DNA of 63,700 nucleotides, filler included, from Dugesia japonica (Eukaryota): NCBI GenBank assembly GCA_001938525.1. It is 6 parts of 6 records of this genome, joined end to end, with 100 filler letters (N's around TTAATTAATTAA, not from the genome) between each part and the next. Parts side by side here need not be neighbours in the genome. Positions count along the whole stretch, not along the records: positions 44,116 to 55,317 come from MQRL01604695.1; positions 55,418 to 63,700 come from MQRL01587252.1; 4 more parts are not named here. One strand, 5' to 3'. Shown piece by piece: positions 52,885 to 63,700 of this stretch (position 1 is its first letter; each line of letters starts with the position of its first letter). The notes under the pieces were generated by a model. It saw only the letters and a program-made list of their open reading frames with translations, ran no database searches and was not told where the DNA came from. The position numbers and the translations under genes were made by a program.

Positions 52885-53740
52885 GATCAGACAGTAATCT
52901 CTAGCAACAAAACTCGAAAACCAAAACCAACAATTACCACACAATTAGTAAAAAAAGAAAAGGTTTAAAATAAACTATTCAGTCAAAATAATTGCAGAGG
53001 TTGAAAAATTAGGAATCCCGACAGTTCATAAAATTATAAATAAAATTTCTGAGGGAATCAGAGAGGAAAAAATAGTGGCAAGAAAATCGGGAAGAAAACC
53101 ACATACTGAATCTCTTATAAAAAACAAAAGATTCATCTTTTTTCCAAAAATATTGGTTGAAATTTTTAACTTGAAGAGTTAATCAACAAGATAAGAACCC
53201 AAAGTGGTATTTCAAAGATTTTGAAAAGAATAACAATTTTTCAAGAAAATGACTGGTTCGAATTCCAGTAGAATGATACATTATCAAAACAATCGAAGCG
53301 AAATAAATATATTCACGGGAGAATAATTGTGTAAGTGATAATAATTAATTTTATTATAAAAAAATTGTGTTAATATACAACAATCTAGAAATTAGGGGAA
53401 TTTATCTCTTAAAGAAAACCCTAAAAAATCTAAAAGCTAACAAAGATTTAAATATTAGTTGCATAGTTGTAATCAAGAAAACGGAGATTCGGCGAATTCC
53501 ATAACAGAAAAGATGTTATTGAATTACTTAACAATAAGAATATTATTCGTCGATTTTTTCCACCATACTTCTCACAATTAAATCCAAATGAGGAATATTT
53601 TAGTCATTTTAAATCAGTTTTGAAGAAGTAGATTTGAATTAAAAGTAATAATTCATACGATCTTGAGAAGTGAAACAATTAATTTTAGGAATGGATTGAA
53701 AACATAAAAGCATATTGAAAAGCGCTAGCCCGGCATGAAT
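52885..53740 (+). mobile_element. Degenerate Tc1/IS630-like (DDE_3) transposase
   Basis: RKSGRKP near the N-terminus. FFPPYFSQLNPNEEYFSHFK at ~53555-53615. Confidence 0.7.
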
Positions 53741-53854
53741 CTATTTATTAAATTTATTTATAAATTGGAAAATTACTAAATATTAAGTTATTTTTATGAA
53801 TTTGAATCATATTAGTAAATATAATAATTCATATTTATAAATATATTATATAGG

Positions 53855-55317
53855 TATGCAACTCAGATGCAACACGAATGCAACACACATACACTGAAAA
53901 TCACGTGCCTAGAAATTTTAGACTGCCTCATTTCATAAAAAATATAGAAACTCCACCATCTCGTGAAAAATATCAAAACTGCCCCATCACATACAAAAAT
54001 ATAAAGTCTGCTAAAAATAAATATAAATTTTTTCAATTTTCACCCAAATAAAACTTTTAAATTTCCCGCCAAAAAAAATTTCCCACCAAAATATTTAAAT
54101 ATATAGTCTACTAAAAAATACATCTATTTCATAAAATCAATATTTCAATAATTATTTTTACCAATTGTGGAAGATTTTATTAAAATCAACTTTACGTCCT
54201 ACTCACCTCAATAAAAAATTTCAGTCAAATCTTAAAAAATTCGATAATTTTCACACATACCAATTTTCCACATCCAAAAATGTTTTTAACACCTCAATAC
54301 TTCTTACAAAAAAACCAATCAAATTCAAGTATTTAAAATTGGAAATTCTGGCACAATCGACAACATTCATATTTCCAATCAAATTACATTTCCAACGACC
54401 CTTCCCACATCAAAATCCATCTACTACCAACAAACCGATTAACCCTCAAAAAACACCACACAATAACTCATGATTGTGCCAGTGCGACACTTCCCCTTGT
54501 CGACCAAACGAGACATTCTACCCTATAAGCCCTTTAGACAATATATAGCCAATAATTTATTTTCAACACACCAATATCATAAAACTCCAAAAAAATTTAT
54601 TTCCAAGATCTCCATACTACCTCGAGTCCATTTCCAATCTTACACACCCACACACCAACTCAACTTGACCTAGTTTAAATTAACCCCATTAACAACCCAA
54701 ACACCGTTTCCGAGCCCCCGGGGAAAGTAGGGTTCAAATTGTGCCACTGCGCCACTATCTACCTACTAATATAAATGCAACACAGCAACACGTGTCTGAG
54801 AAATTTCAGACTGTCTCAATCTCTTATAAAAATATCAAGAATGCCCAATCCCTTGCAAAATATCCAGACTGCCCCATCTCATACATAAATATAAAGAATG
54901 ATAAAAAACATACATCTACTTTACTAAAAACAAAATATTTTCAATGAATTCATCCTTTTTTTATTAAAATTCATCATTTTATTATAAATCACCATTTTTC
55001 TAAAAATTAATACGTCACATCCCCCACAGATAAATTTCATTTTAATCTTATAATCACCGATAATTAATTCCCTTTTAATTCATATACCTTTCCTCTGAAG
55101 GAAATATTTTTTCACACTTTATACTACTTACAAACATCAAACAATCAAATTTACCACAAAACCTCAGAAATTCTGGCACACTCAACCATCACCATATTCC
55201 CCATCACATAACCTTTCCAACAAACCCTAAACCACTAAAATCCATTACCTACAAACAAACCTATTAAAGTTCAAATATCAACGCGCGATAACTCATACGA
55301 TTGCGCCACTACCCTTT
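53855..55317. repeat. Diverged ~900-bp tandem duplication with internal short repeats, G-poor on the + strand
   Basis: atgcaacac..cacgtg..gaaattt.agactg, actgccccatc, gaaattctggcaca and cgataactca blocks recur ~820-905 bp apart. Confidence 0.7.
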
Positions 55318-55956
55318 NNNNNNNNNNNNNNNNNNNNNNNNNNNNNNNNNNNNNNNNNNNNTTAATTAATTAANNNNNNNNNNNNNNNNNNNNNNNNNNN
55401 NNNNNNNNNNNNNNNNNAAAAAGGTAAATAAACTCTTAACTTGGATGATATATGCAATAAAATATCGGGTTAGTAAATTAGTTTCCGCCGCTTTATATTG
55501 TTTTTATGGCTGTTTTTGCTTAATTTATTATGTAATATATATTATATATTAATTAACTTGATTTCATCAAATTATGCATAATTAATGAATTAAAGGTTTT
55601 TTTTATTTAAATGTTCTGCATTTTGGATCAATTATATTTTTTCAAAGTTTTTCTAAGAGAAATTTTAAATTAGAGTAAAGTAAAATTGAAGAATATTTAT
55701 AAAAAAATCAGAAAAAAGAAATAAACAATCAATCGCATGTTTTATTCACTAAATCTAATACCATAAATTTCATTAAAAAACCGGATTCTATGAATAAAAT
55801 CCAGTAAAGTGACAACTCTGATCGTGATTATTTTTGAAAAAGCCTAAACAATTCGAATGATATGAAGAAAATAAAATAACGGTTTGTAATAAGTTCATAA
55901 CTAGAGAACACTAGCAAAGTTCATTAATTTATTCTTTGGAATAAACTTCGGTTGTT

Positions 55957-56185
55957 TCAAGCGCATGTACAACCATACCAAACGCAGTCCAGACATTCTC
56001 TACTACAGCATTCCTTTTTGCAATTACGTGTTATACGTTTACTTCCATAACCTGAAATGAACAATAAATAGTTTTAAAAAAATAAAAATTAAATCAAATA
56101 ATAAAAACCCACAGAAGGCATCAATATTGTTTATTGTGATAAAAGAAATCATAAAAATAATTAAAATTTTAAATATGAAGCTCAT
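55957..56185 (-). CDS. Secreted 8-cysteine peptide A (55 aa, two exons)
   Basis: Exons 56185-56113 and 56051-55957 with a 61-nt GT-AG intron: MSFIFKILIIFMISFITINNIDAF-CYGSKRITRNCKKECCSRECLDCVWYGCTCA*. Confidence 0.8.
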
Positions 56186-57666
56186 TTTTAGTGATTCTAA
56201 GTTAGAATAATATTTGATAAAAATAATTAGAAAATTTATACATTTATATTAAATTTTACCAAATTATTTTGTAAACAGGACAATCTGAATTGCAAATTAT
56301 CAAATGTTCTATGAATATGGAAATTCAAATATGCAAATAAATTATAGATTTATACTGAAAATTATGTTTGCCCAAAACTGAGTATTTTCACATAAAGTTT
56401 TATTAGTTTTGTCATTGTTTAGGCAATTGTTTAATTTAATATTATGAAAGCTGAGGTTTACAGGCTCATATAGAATCAGAAAAAGGTCAAACAACACTTA
56501 GGTTGGATAATATATCGAATAAAATATAGTCCATACAAGATCACGGACAAGGTACATGGGTAAAGATATCGTTTACGAGATACAAAGGGAAAAGAGCTAA
56601 AAAGAAACGTAGAAAAGCTTAACAAAATTTTTTAATCGAGAGGAATGTAAGGATTAAAAATTGAAATATATATTTTGAAGAAAACGTTATAAAAGATTTC
56701 AAGAAATTTTTAAAATATTTAAAATGTTTGTTTAAATGAAAATGAAATAGATTAAAAATGAAACAGAGTTTTTTGAAGATTTGAAGATTTTTAAATTATA
56801 AGATGTTATAAATTATTTTTCGAATTTAATGGATTTTTCAGAAATTTTATCAGTAACTAATAATAATAATAATAATAATAATAATATTGTACATACCCTT
56901 TAATTATGTGAAAGTACACATTTAAAGTTTTTTAATTTTCACAGTTAAAAAAAATAATAATTTGAGGCTTGGTCCCTATTTGAGGTTAACCTTAAATGAT
57001 TCACGTATAAGCCTTATTTTCATATACTATAAGGTGTCAAGGTTCACAGACTACGGCTTGTTGATACACTTATTGTTGTTCATTCAATTGATATGTGATT
57101 ACGTCACTTCCTAATCCGGTACTAGCATATCCATTACATTATAATTTCCCCTAAACTCAAACTTTCAATTCAATGAAACTGTTAACATGTATTTGGTGTA
57201 TTTATTTTGATGTTTTATTGTTTTCCAATAATAAAGCTTCCATGTACCATTTTCGTTAAAATGAAATATTTATTAACAGTTTCATATTTATTTATTGTTA
57301 CATTTTATTGAAAATGCCATAAAGTTTTCTCAAAATAACCTATTAGTATATATTTGGAAATGGAAAATATTTTCTGATGAGGTATCAATGTAACAGTTCC
57401 AAATGTTTACCTTGAATCACCACAATTGTAAATTTATGTCATTTAAAGTCGAAAGTTTGAACATGAAAACTTTCTTTATTATTCTTCTTGTAACGATTGT
57501 TATTGAAATTAGACGACTCGTCTCATATTTCAGTATTGCTATGCGAAAATAATATATTGTTAAACATTTGTTACCATTTTTCTTTTCAAATTTCTTCCTT
57601 AAATTTTAGGATTGCAAAATTATATTTTAGCAAAAGCAAAGATTTCGTATTTTTTTTTGTCTAAAA

Positions 57667-57887
57667 ATGCTTTACAATTGTAAAATAATATTTTTTTTAG
57701 TTGTTGTTTACTGATTAATGATATCGATGCATCATGTAATTTATATATTTAATTTAATTTTTAATATTTATTTATTATTTTAGGTCTTTCTGAATTATTT
57801 TTAGTTGTGAAAGATGACTGCAAAAAGAGATGTTGCAGCAAAGCTTGTTATCATTGTGAGGAAGCTGATATATGTTTCTGTCACTGA
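57667..57887 (+). CDS. Secreted 8-cysteine peptide B, paralog of A (1-nt deletion in exon 1: homopolymer error or pseudogene)
   Basis: Exons 57667-57735 and 57784-57887 with a 48-nt intron in the same Cys codon as A: ..LLINDIDAS-CLSELFLVVKDDCKKRCCSKACYHCEEADICFCH*. Confidence 0.7.
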
Positions 57888-60800
57888 CTTAATTTAGCAT
57901 TAGATTAATTAAAAATGATACATTTTGTGTGAATTTTATATTTAACAAATATAATGAGTTGTAGGATAGTGGAGCACTGTAATACCGCTCTTCCTGAAGA
58001 CGAAGTGATCTAGAGATTTTCATTGGTCGTTCTATTTCAGTAGAGAAAATTTTTGTTTTTGATTTCAATTGCTCGAACATCCATGCGGATGTATATAATT
58101 TAGGTTTAAAAATAGACTGGTCAAAAATTATTGTATGGCTTTGAATTTTGTAATATTCGACTCAGAAAAAAATTTTTCTATATATTATATTAAAAACTAC
58201 TATAGAAAATTGCTTCCTACTCAACGTAAAAAGTAGTGCAGCACTGAATTATGTACAATCATAGTTAAAATTATTTATATAAAAAATAATAATCACTTAA
58301 ACAATTTAGTACCATTCAACTCAGAATTAAAAACTACTTAAACATTGCTTAAATAAATACTATCGAAAAACTTTTCCATCTCATCGTAAAAATATTGGAG
58401 TAAATTCCAATCTGCCTAGCAGTGATCTTAAAAATGATGCGATAACAAATTAAGTATCGTTAGACATATAATTAGATGACCGACATTATGGCCTAATTAT
58501 AATTTTAACCAGGTGTAAAAGTAAAAAGTTAAAAAAGATTATAAATTTAAAATTACTATGTAGAAAATTAAAAGTTAACTAAACATTGCCTAAAAAATTT
58601 CCCAAGAATAGTCTCTCTTGTGATATAATCATCAAATCAAGAAATTTTATATTAGAGGGGGTCAAGTCTAATTTTTTATACCAGAAATCAATATGATTAG
58701 AAAGCAAATCAAAAACTGCATATATGTTAGATTCCTAGTTGGTTGTAGGTTTTTTTCAAAAGATTTTACTAACTCAAATTTAAAAGTATTATTTGGCGTG
58801 TAGGCAGATTATTAATTATAAATAACAATATAATAAATAACATGTTAACTAAGAAAACACAATTTAGTTTAAATAATACTTTATTAAATATATAAAATAT
58901 TAATAAAGATTTAAATCAATAATCAAATCAAAATAATAATACAATTCTTTTTTAGGACACTTGCTCAAACAATTCCTTTTATTTATGTTTTTAAAAAAGA
59001 CAGTTACACTTACTGTCATAAACAAATTTGCACGGTGGCATCTAACAATTGTTGCTCACTGCCGTATATAACAACGAAACCAGAAGTTAATTTAATTTTA
59101 TGGTGAAATAAAATAGCAAGCAATGCTAACCAACGATCTAATTTTAATGTAATTTAAATACTCACTGCTAATAACTGACAAATTTTAAAAATCAACCAAT
59201 AAACTTTAATTATCGAAATCATGAAAAACTTTAATCTTCTCAGCCAATAACTGACTGATTTTCACGTTTTTAATTGCCAAAAGAAATTTATTAAAAAATA
59301 ATAAATTTTACCAAAAATTTTCCGAAATCCAATTAATACAAATCTCAGTTACACTTTAATCTTTTTCAAAAAAAACCAGCTTTTTTTGTTTTTTTTTGAT
59401 AATAATAATCAATAATCCATTTTTTAAAATCTTTTTTCGAACATAGTTTTTATCATTTTAGCATAATTTTTTCTACAGAAAATATAAAAATACCTTTCTC
59501 TATACATCACTTTTTCGTAATATAATTAGTTTTAGCACAATTTTTAATCGACAAACAAAGAAATACTATTCATCTGTTAGCAAAATTTTTTAAGATGGAA
59601 AATATGAAAGTGAGATAAAATTGTTTTGTGACTTGTATAGTAAAATATATATTTCATGATGAAGATGATGTCTGTTGGAAGTAAATAGTAGTACACTATA
59701 CACGCTTATTGCATTAAATTAACTATTAATTAAAACAAATGCTTAGTTCCCTTTTCATAAGTAATATGATAAAATATAGTTAAATGCAAACATTATATTC
59801 TGCAAACGGTTGGAAATATTCAATTTAAACAATGAAGTTTAAACTATCACCTTTTAAATAATATTGCAAATTAAATATTATGACATAATAAACGAAACAT
59901 TAGATAAGTCTGTGAAGAATATGCGTTATTAGGAGTTTAAAATAAAACTCATATTTGTAAATCATTATAATTCAGTAAATCAGTATTAAAATAATTTAAC
60001 CTCAGGAAACATTTTTGTTTTATAATTTAGAATTGAAAATCTGTGAAGTGTATATTTTTAAATAATACACTTTCACGATTTAATTTAATTATTTTCAGTA
60101 TTTATAGAAACCGAAATTGATAATTTAGCAACGGCTAACATGTTTCATGACTTTTCCGACTACCCAATACACTAAATTTTAAGAATTTAAAAATAAATTG
60201 AAGCAGTTTTATTTTTAATTCAAATATTCACTATTAACAAAATTTTAAAACTTCTTAGTTATTTATTGTTTTCTTAAAATATCCCACATTAAAGTTTCAA
60301 TTATTCTTTACTTATTATGTAATTGTTTGGGTCATGGGTGATATGGCTCAAGTTTTATATCACACACAACCCGCAAACTGGAATTTAATATACGATGTCA
60401 AGTGTGAATTAGCGCACCGCCTTCGTGTAATTTGGGTTCGTTAATGATGTTGACGATAGAAGTCGTAAAACAGGAAAAAATTAATAGTTTGTAAATTATA
60501 ATATTTTACATAAAATGCACAATATGTTTGATGTTTTGTTAATTAATTGTCTTCAGAGAGATCGGCAAAAACTTCCGGACTTTTCTGGGAGGAGAAACTG
60601 CGGAGGACGTTGAAGGCATGTTACGTTAGAGCTCGTTCAATTGGCGGTTTTCTGTGTGGAGCCATTCTATTTCGGCCTCCAGCTCCCAGATCCTCATACC
60701 TTGTCCCTTCGTGTATATTCAATGTTTTGTCCACGTAGTTGGGAATTCTCAAACACGAGCATCCCCATTTTTTCCTGAAGGGTTTGACATGCCCTGGACC

Positions 60801-61084
60801 AATTCGTCGATATTTTCCGCTTTTGTTATCAAAATTGACTCAGTCCAAAACAATTTGTTACAAAACACTAATGAAATCATTCATTACTAATGCCGGCATT
60901 GAGTGGTTAATTTGCCATTGAGAATTTGATGAAGTATGGAATATTTCTGGAGAAATGTCTCAAATTACCAGCATCACCACCACTCTTTTGTTTGATGACA
61001 ACTTTTTAAAATCAATTCATTTCTTGCATGGTTTTTAATAAGTACGAGTTTTGTTTATACCAATGGTTTGTAAACGGTTATTAC

Positions 61085-61520
61085 TTCCAAATTGAATATA
61101 TCGGTTTTTACCAGTTCATGATCAGGGCATTGTTGGGTAAAATCAATGAATAAATATCCATGTGCCTTTGTAGTAACATCGCAAAATGCATAAGACAAAA
61201 ATCCTTAATTGTGAGGAAATGCTTGACGAGAAACATAATCAATAACAGTTTTATCTCACGGATTTTTGAATAATATCAAAAAATGGACATTTAGATTACG
61301 TGTACGATGCATACCACCTTGATGGAAAAGCTTTTGGGTGATGAAGATGACAGTTACATTACCATGACAAGCAGTTTTTGTAAAGAGATTATTAAAATAA
61401 GCCTGCTTATTTGCCTCTTGAAACAAGTCATCGATTACAATAACATCCCTAGAATTTAATCTATTTTACCAATCATCATCAAATACATGAATTATCGTAA
61501 TATTTCTCAACTTGCAAAAT
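61085..61520 (-). pseudogene. Polinton/Maverick packaging ATPase (FtsK/A32-like), C-terminal part
   Basis: Manual translation VIVIDDLF..LFTKTACHGNVTVIFITQKLF..RTRNLN..LILFKNP*D..SRQAFP..HGYLFIDF..KTDIF. Two stops. Absent from the ORF track. Confidence 0.85.
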
Positions 61521-61804
61521 TCACCATCAGTCAAACCAACTTCACCTCCACCACCATTGTTAAATATCAGAATAAAATTCGAAATAAAATACTCATAAAT
61601 AATTACTAATGGTGACGATTTTAATAAAAAAAATTAATAGAAATTAATAAAAAATTAATATTAAAAAATTAATTAAATTATTACTTATTAATAGTAATAA
61701 TGAAATGATAATTATAATAGTAAAATAGATCATAAGAAGAATAATCCTAGTAGTAATTGTAATAATAATAATCACAATGATAATAATAATAATAATTATA
61801 ATTT

Positions 61805-63200
61805 ATTTTAACTCGATAGACCTAGGGAATGCATATTATTAGGTGGAGTTGGATAAACAGTCTCATGAGAAAACAGCATTTTTCACGAAGAAAGGACAAT
61901 ACTGTTTCCAGAGGATGCCTTTTGGGATAGCTGCAGCCCCAGGGACATTTCAGGAAATGATGAACGAAGTAATCAAGGGGATTTGTGGAGTAATGTTATA
62001 TTTGGACGATATTTTGATTTTATTATAAGGTTATTGGTAAGGTTTTGGATAGTATTTTAGAAGCAAGTTTGAGGATCAATCCAAACAAATGTACGTTTAT
62101 GAAAGAAGAAATTTAAATTATGGGTCATATAATCAGCAAGGAGGGCATTCAAAGAGATCCAATAAAGTGGAAGTTATTAGATTATTTGGGGAACCTAAGT
62201 GCGTAATAAAAATGCGCGGTTTTTTAGGAATATGTAATTATTAAAAGAAATTCTATGGAAATTCTAGGAAAGGACTATGTGATTAAGGTAGGATAGTTGA
62301 AAGAACTATGTAGTAGACCTAGTCATACAAAATAAGTATGGTCATCTGAACTGACAGATATTCTTAAAGTATTGAAGACAACACTAACATCGATTCGATT
62401 TTAGGATTTCCAGATTTGCAGAGAGAGTTCATTCTAGATACAGATGCGAGTCTCAACAAAATTGGAGCATTATTATCACAAGTGGATTAAAACAGGAAAG
62501 AAAAGGTAATTGCGTATGGTTCTCATGCAATAACGTATAATGAATTAGGATACTGCACAACTAGGAAGGAATTGTTAGCAGTATACTATTTTGGCTTACA
62601 TTTTAAACATTATTTGTACGGGAGACGTTTTACACTGAGAGCAGATCATAAGGCGATTGCTTTTTGTTAAAAACGAAGAAACCAGTGACGAGTCAATTTC
62701 AAACATGGATCAATTTTCTTAGAAGAGTGGATATTAACCTACAATATAGAATAGGGATATTAGATGGAAACGCGGTTGCTTTGAGTAGACTAATATGTGA
62801 GAGATGCACACAATGTCAAACGGAACACGAGAGAGCAAAGATTGAAAAACCAAGAACAAGACTTATTCAACGAGACGATATTTTAGGAATTAAAACTGAT
62901 GACGGAAATACGAATAAATTAGTTATAGAATGGACGAAAATCTGGTTAACAATAAACGACAGAGACGAACAAATCGAGAAAATCTACAAATATTTGTGTC
63001 AAGCAGGGACGGGATAAGATAATTTATTTGAACATGTAAGTGGTGTCAGAAGTCGAAGACAGATACTGAGGGGTTGAAAGAAAAGACAATTTTTTCCAAA
63101 GACTTTGAACCATTTGAGGTGGATTTTGTAGATGTTTGTGGCCGTTAAAGGAAACACAAGGGCGCAAGAAATACATTTTAGGAATAATTGATCAAATTCA
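61805..63200 (+). mobile_element. Ty3/gypsy RT-RNaseH-IN fragment, same family as 14558-17568
   Basis: MPFGIAAAPGTFQEM, YLDD, DTDAS and KKPVTSQFQTWI. Colinear and highly similar to ~16150-17565. Confidence 0.93.
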
Positions 63201-63700
63201 CATGCAGACGCCATTAATATATCAGAATAATTATTACCCATCAAACATATAATTTTAATTATATTTCTTATTTATAAAACCAGATTTTATGATTTTCTCA
63301 TAAAAAATGCATTTTTCTGTATTTGTCCTTCAAACAATTTTATATGTAGTATTTATTTCTTTATCGATTTGTAAAGGTTTTGATTTGTCTGCTCAAGGTT
63401 TTTAGAATTTGAATCTGTATTAGTTTGTAGGAAACATTAATTTAAAATTTTAAAAGTAAAAATAGTTCTTTAGACATTATATGTAGTTCTTAATTTTCTT
63501 CAGATTTGTACAAATTGTTTAGTCGATGTTAAACGATAACAGTAGTTCAAGTTAGATGGCTACTTACGCTATTATTTTTTCTATTCCAAGCAGATATTCT
63601 TTCCACCATGAAGTGATTTTCGAAACTAATCCATTAGGCAATCTATAGACATTTTTATTGTCTTTACAAAGATATTGGTATAAAAATAAAAACAAAATTA

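Noticed and set aside
52543-52968. ORFs spanning long N runs (also 23334-23615)
   Set aside because: Composed mostly of X.
57370-57410. CTGATGA hammerhead-like core (also ~13455)
   Set aside because: No properly placed GAAA or convincing stems.

Overview
Very AT-rich, intron-containing eukaryotic DNA, most likely from an invertebrate animal. The species cannot be identified from this window. The window is not contiguous: five identical 100-bp spacers (N44-TTAATTAATTAA-N44) join six separate pieces (1-13307, 13408-23044, 23145-32271, 32372-44015, 44116-55317, 55418-63700), so synteny across spacers means nothing. Host genes: the 3' part of an EML/EMAP (HELP+WD40) gene containing a U12-type intron, and a small cluster of two-exon secreted 8-cysteine peptide genes that the ORF track misses. 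The rest is mostly decayed mobile DNA: mariners, a pogo-like element, a hAT MITE, Tc1/IS630, several Ty3/gypsy copies, Penelope-like remnants with hammerhead ribozymes, and Polinton/Maverick pieces (pPolB, packaging ATPase, candidate termini). There are three main highlights. (1) An intein sits in the YxDTDS motif of a Polinton-type protein-primed DNA polymerase. (2) The 8-Cys peptide family has a framework I do not recognise. (3) A ~10 kb retro-derived element has two zinc-knuckle+protease modules, a mucin-stalk membrane protein and a RING gene, but no visible RT or integrase.
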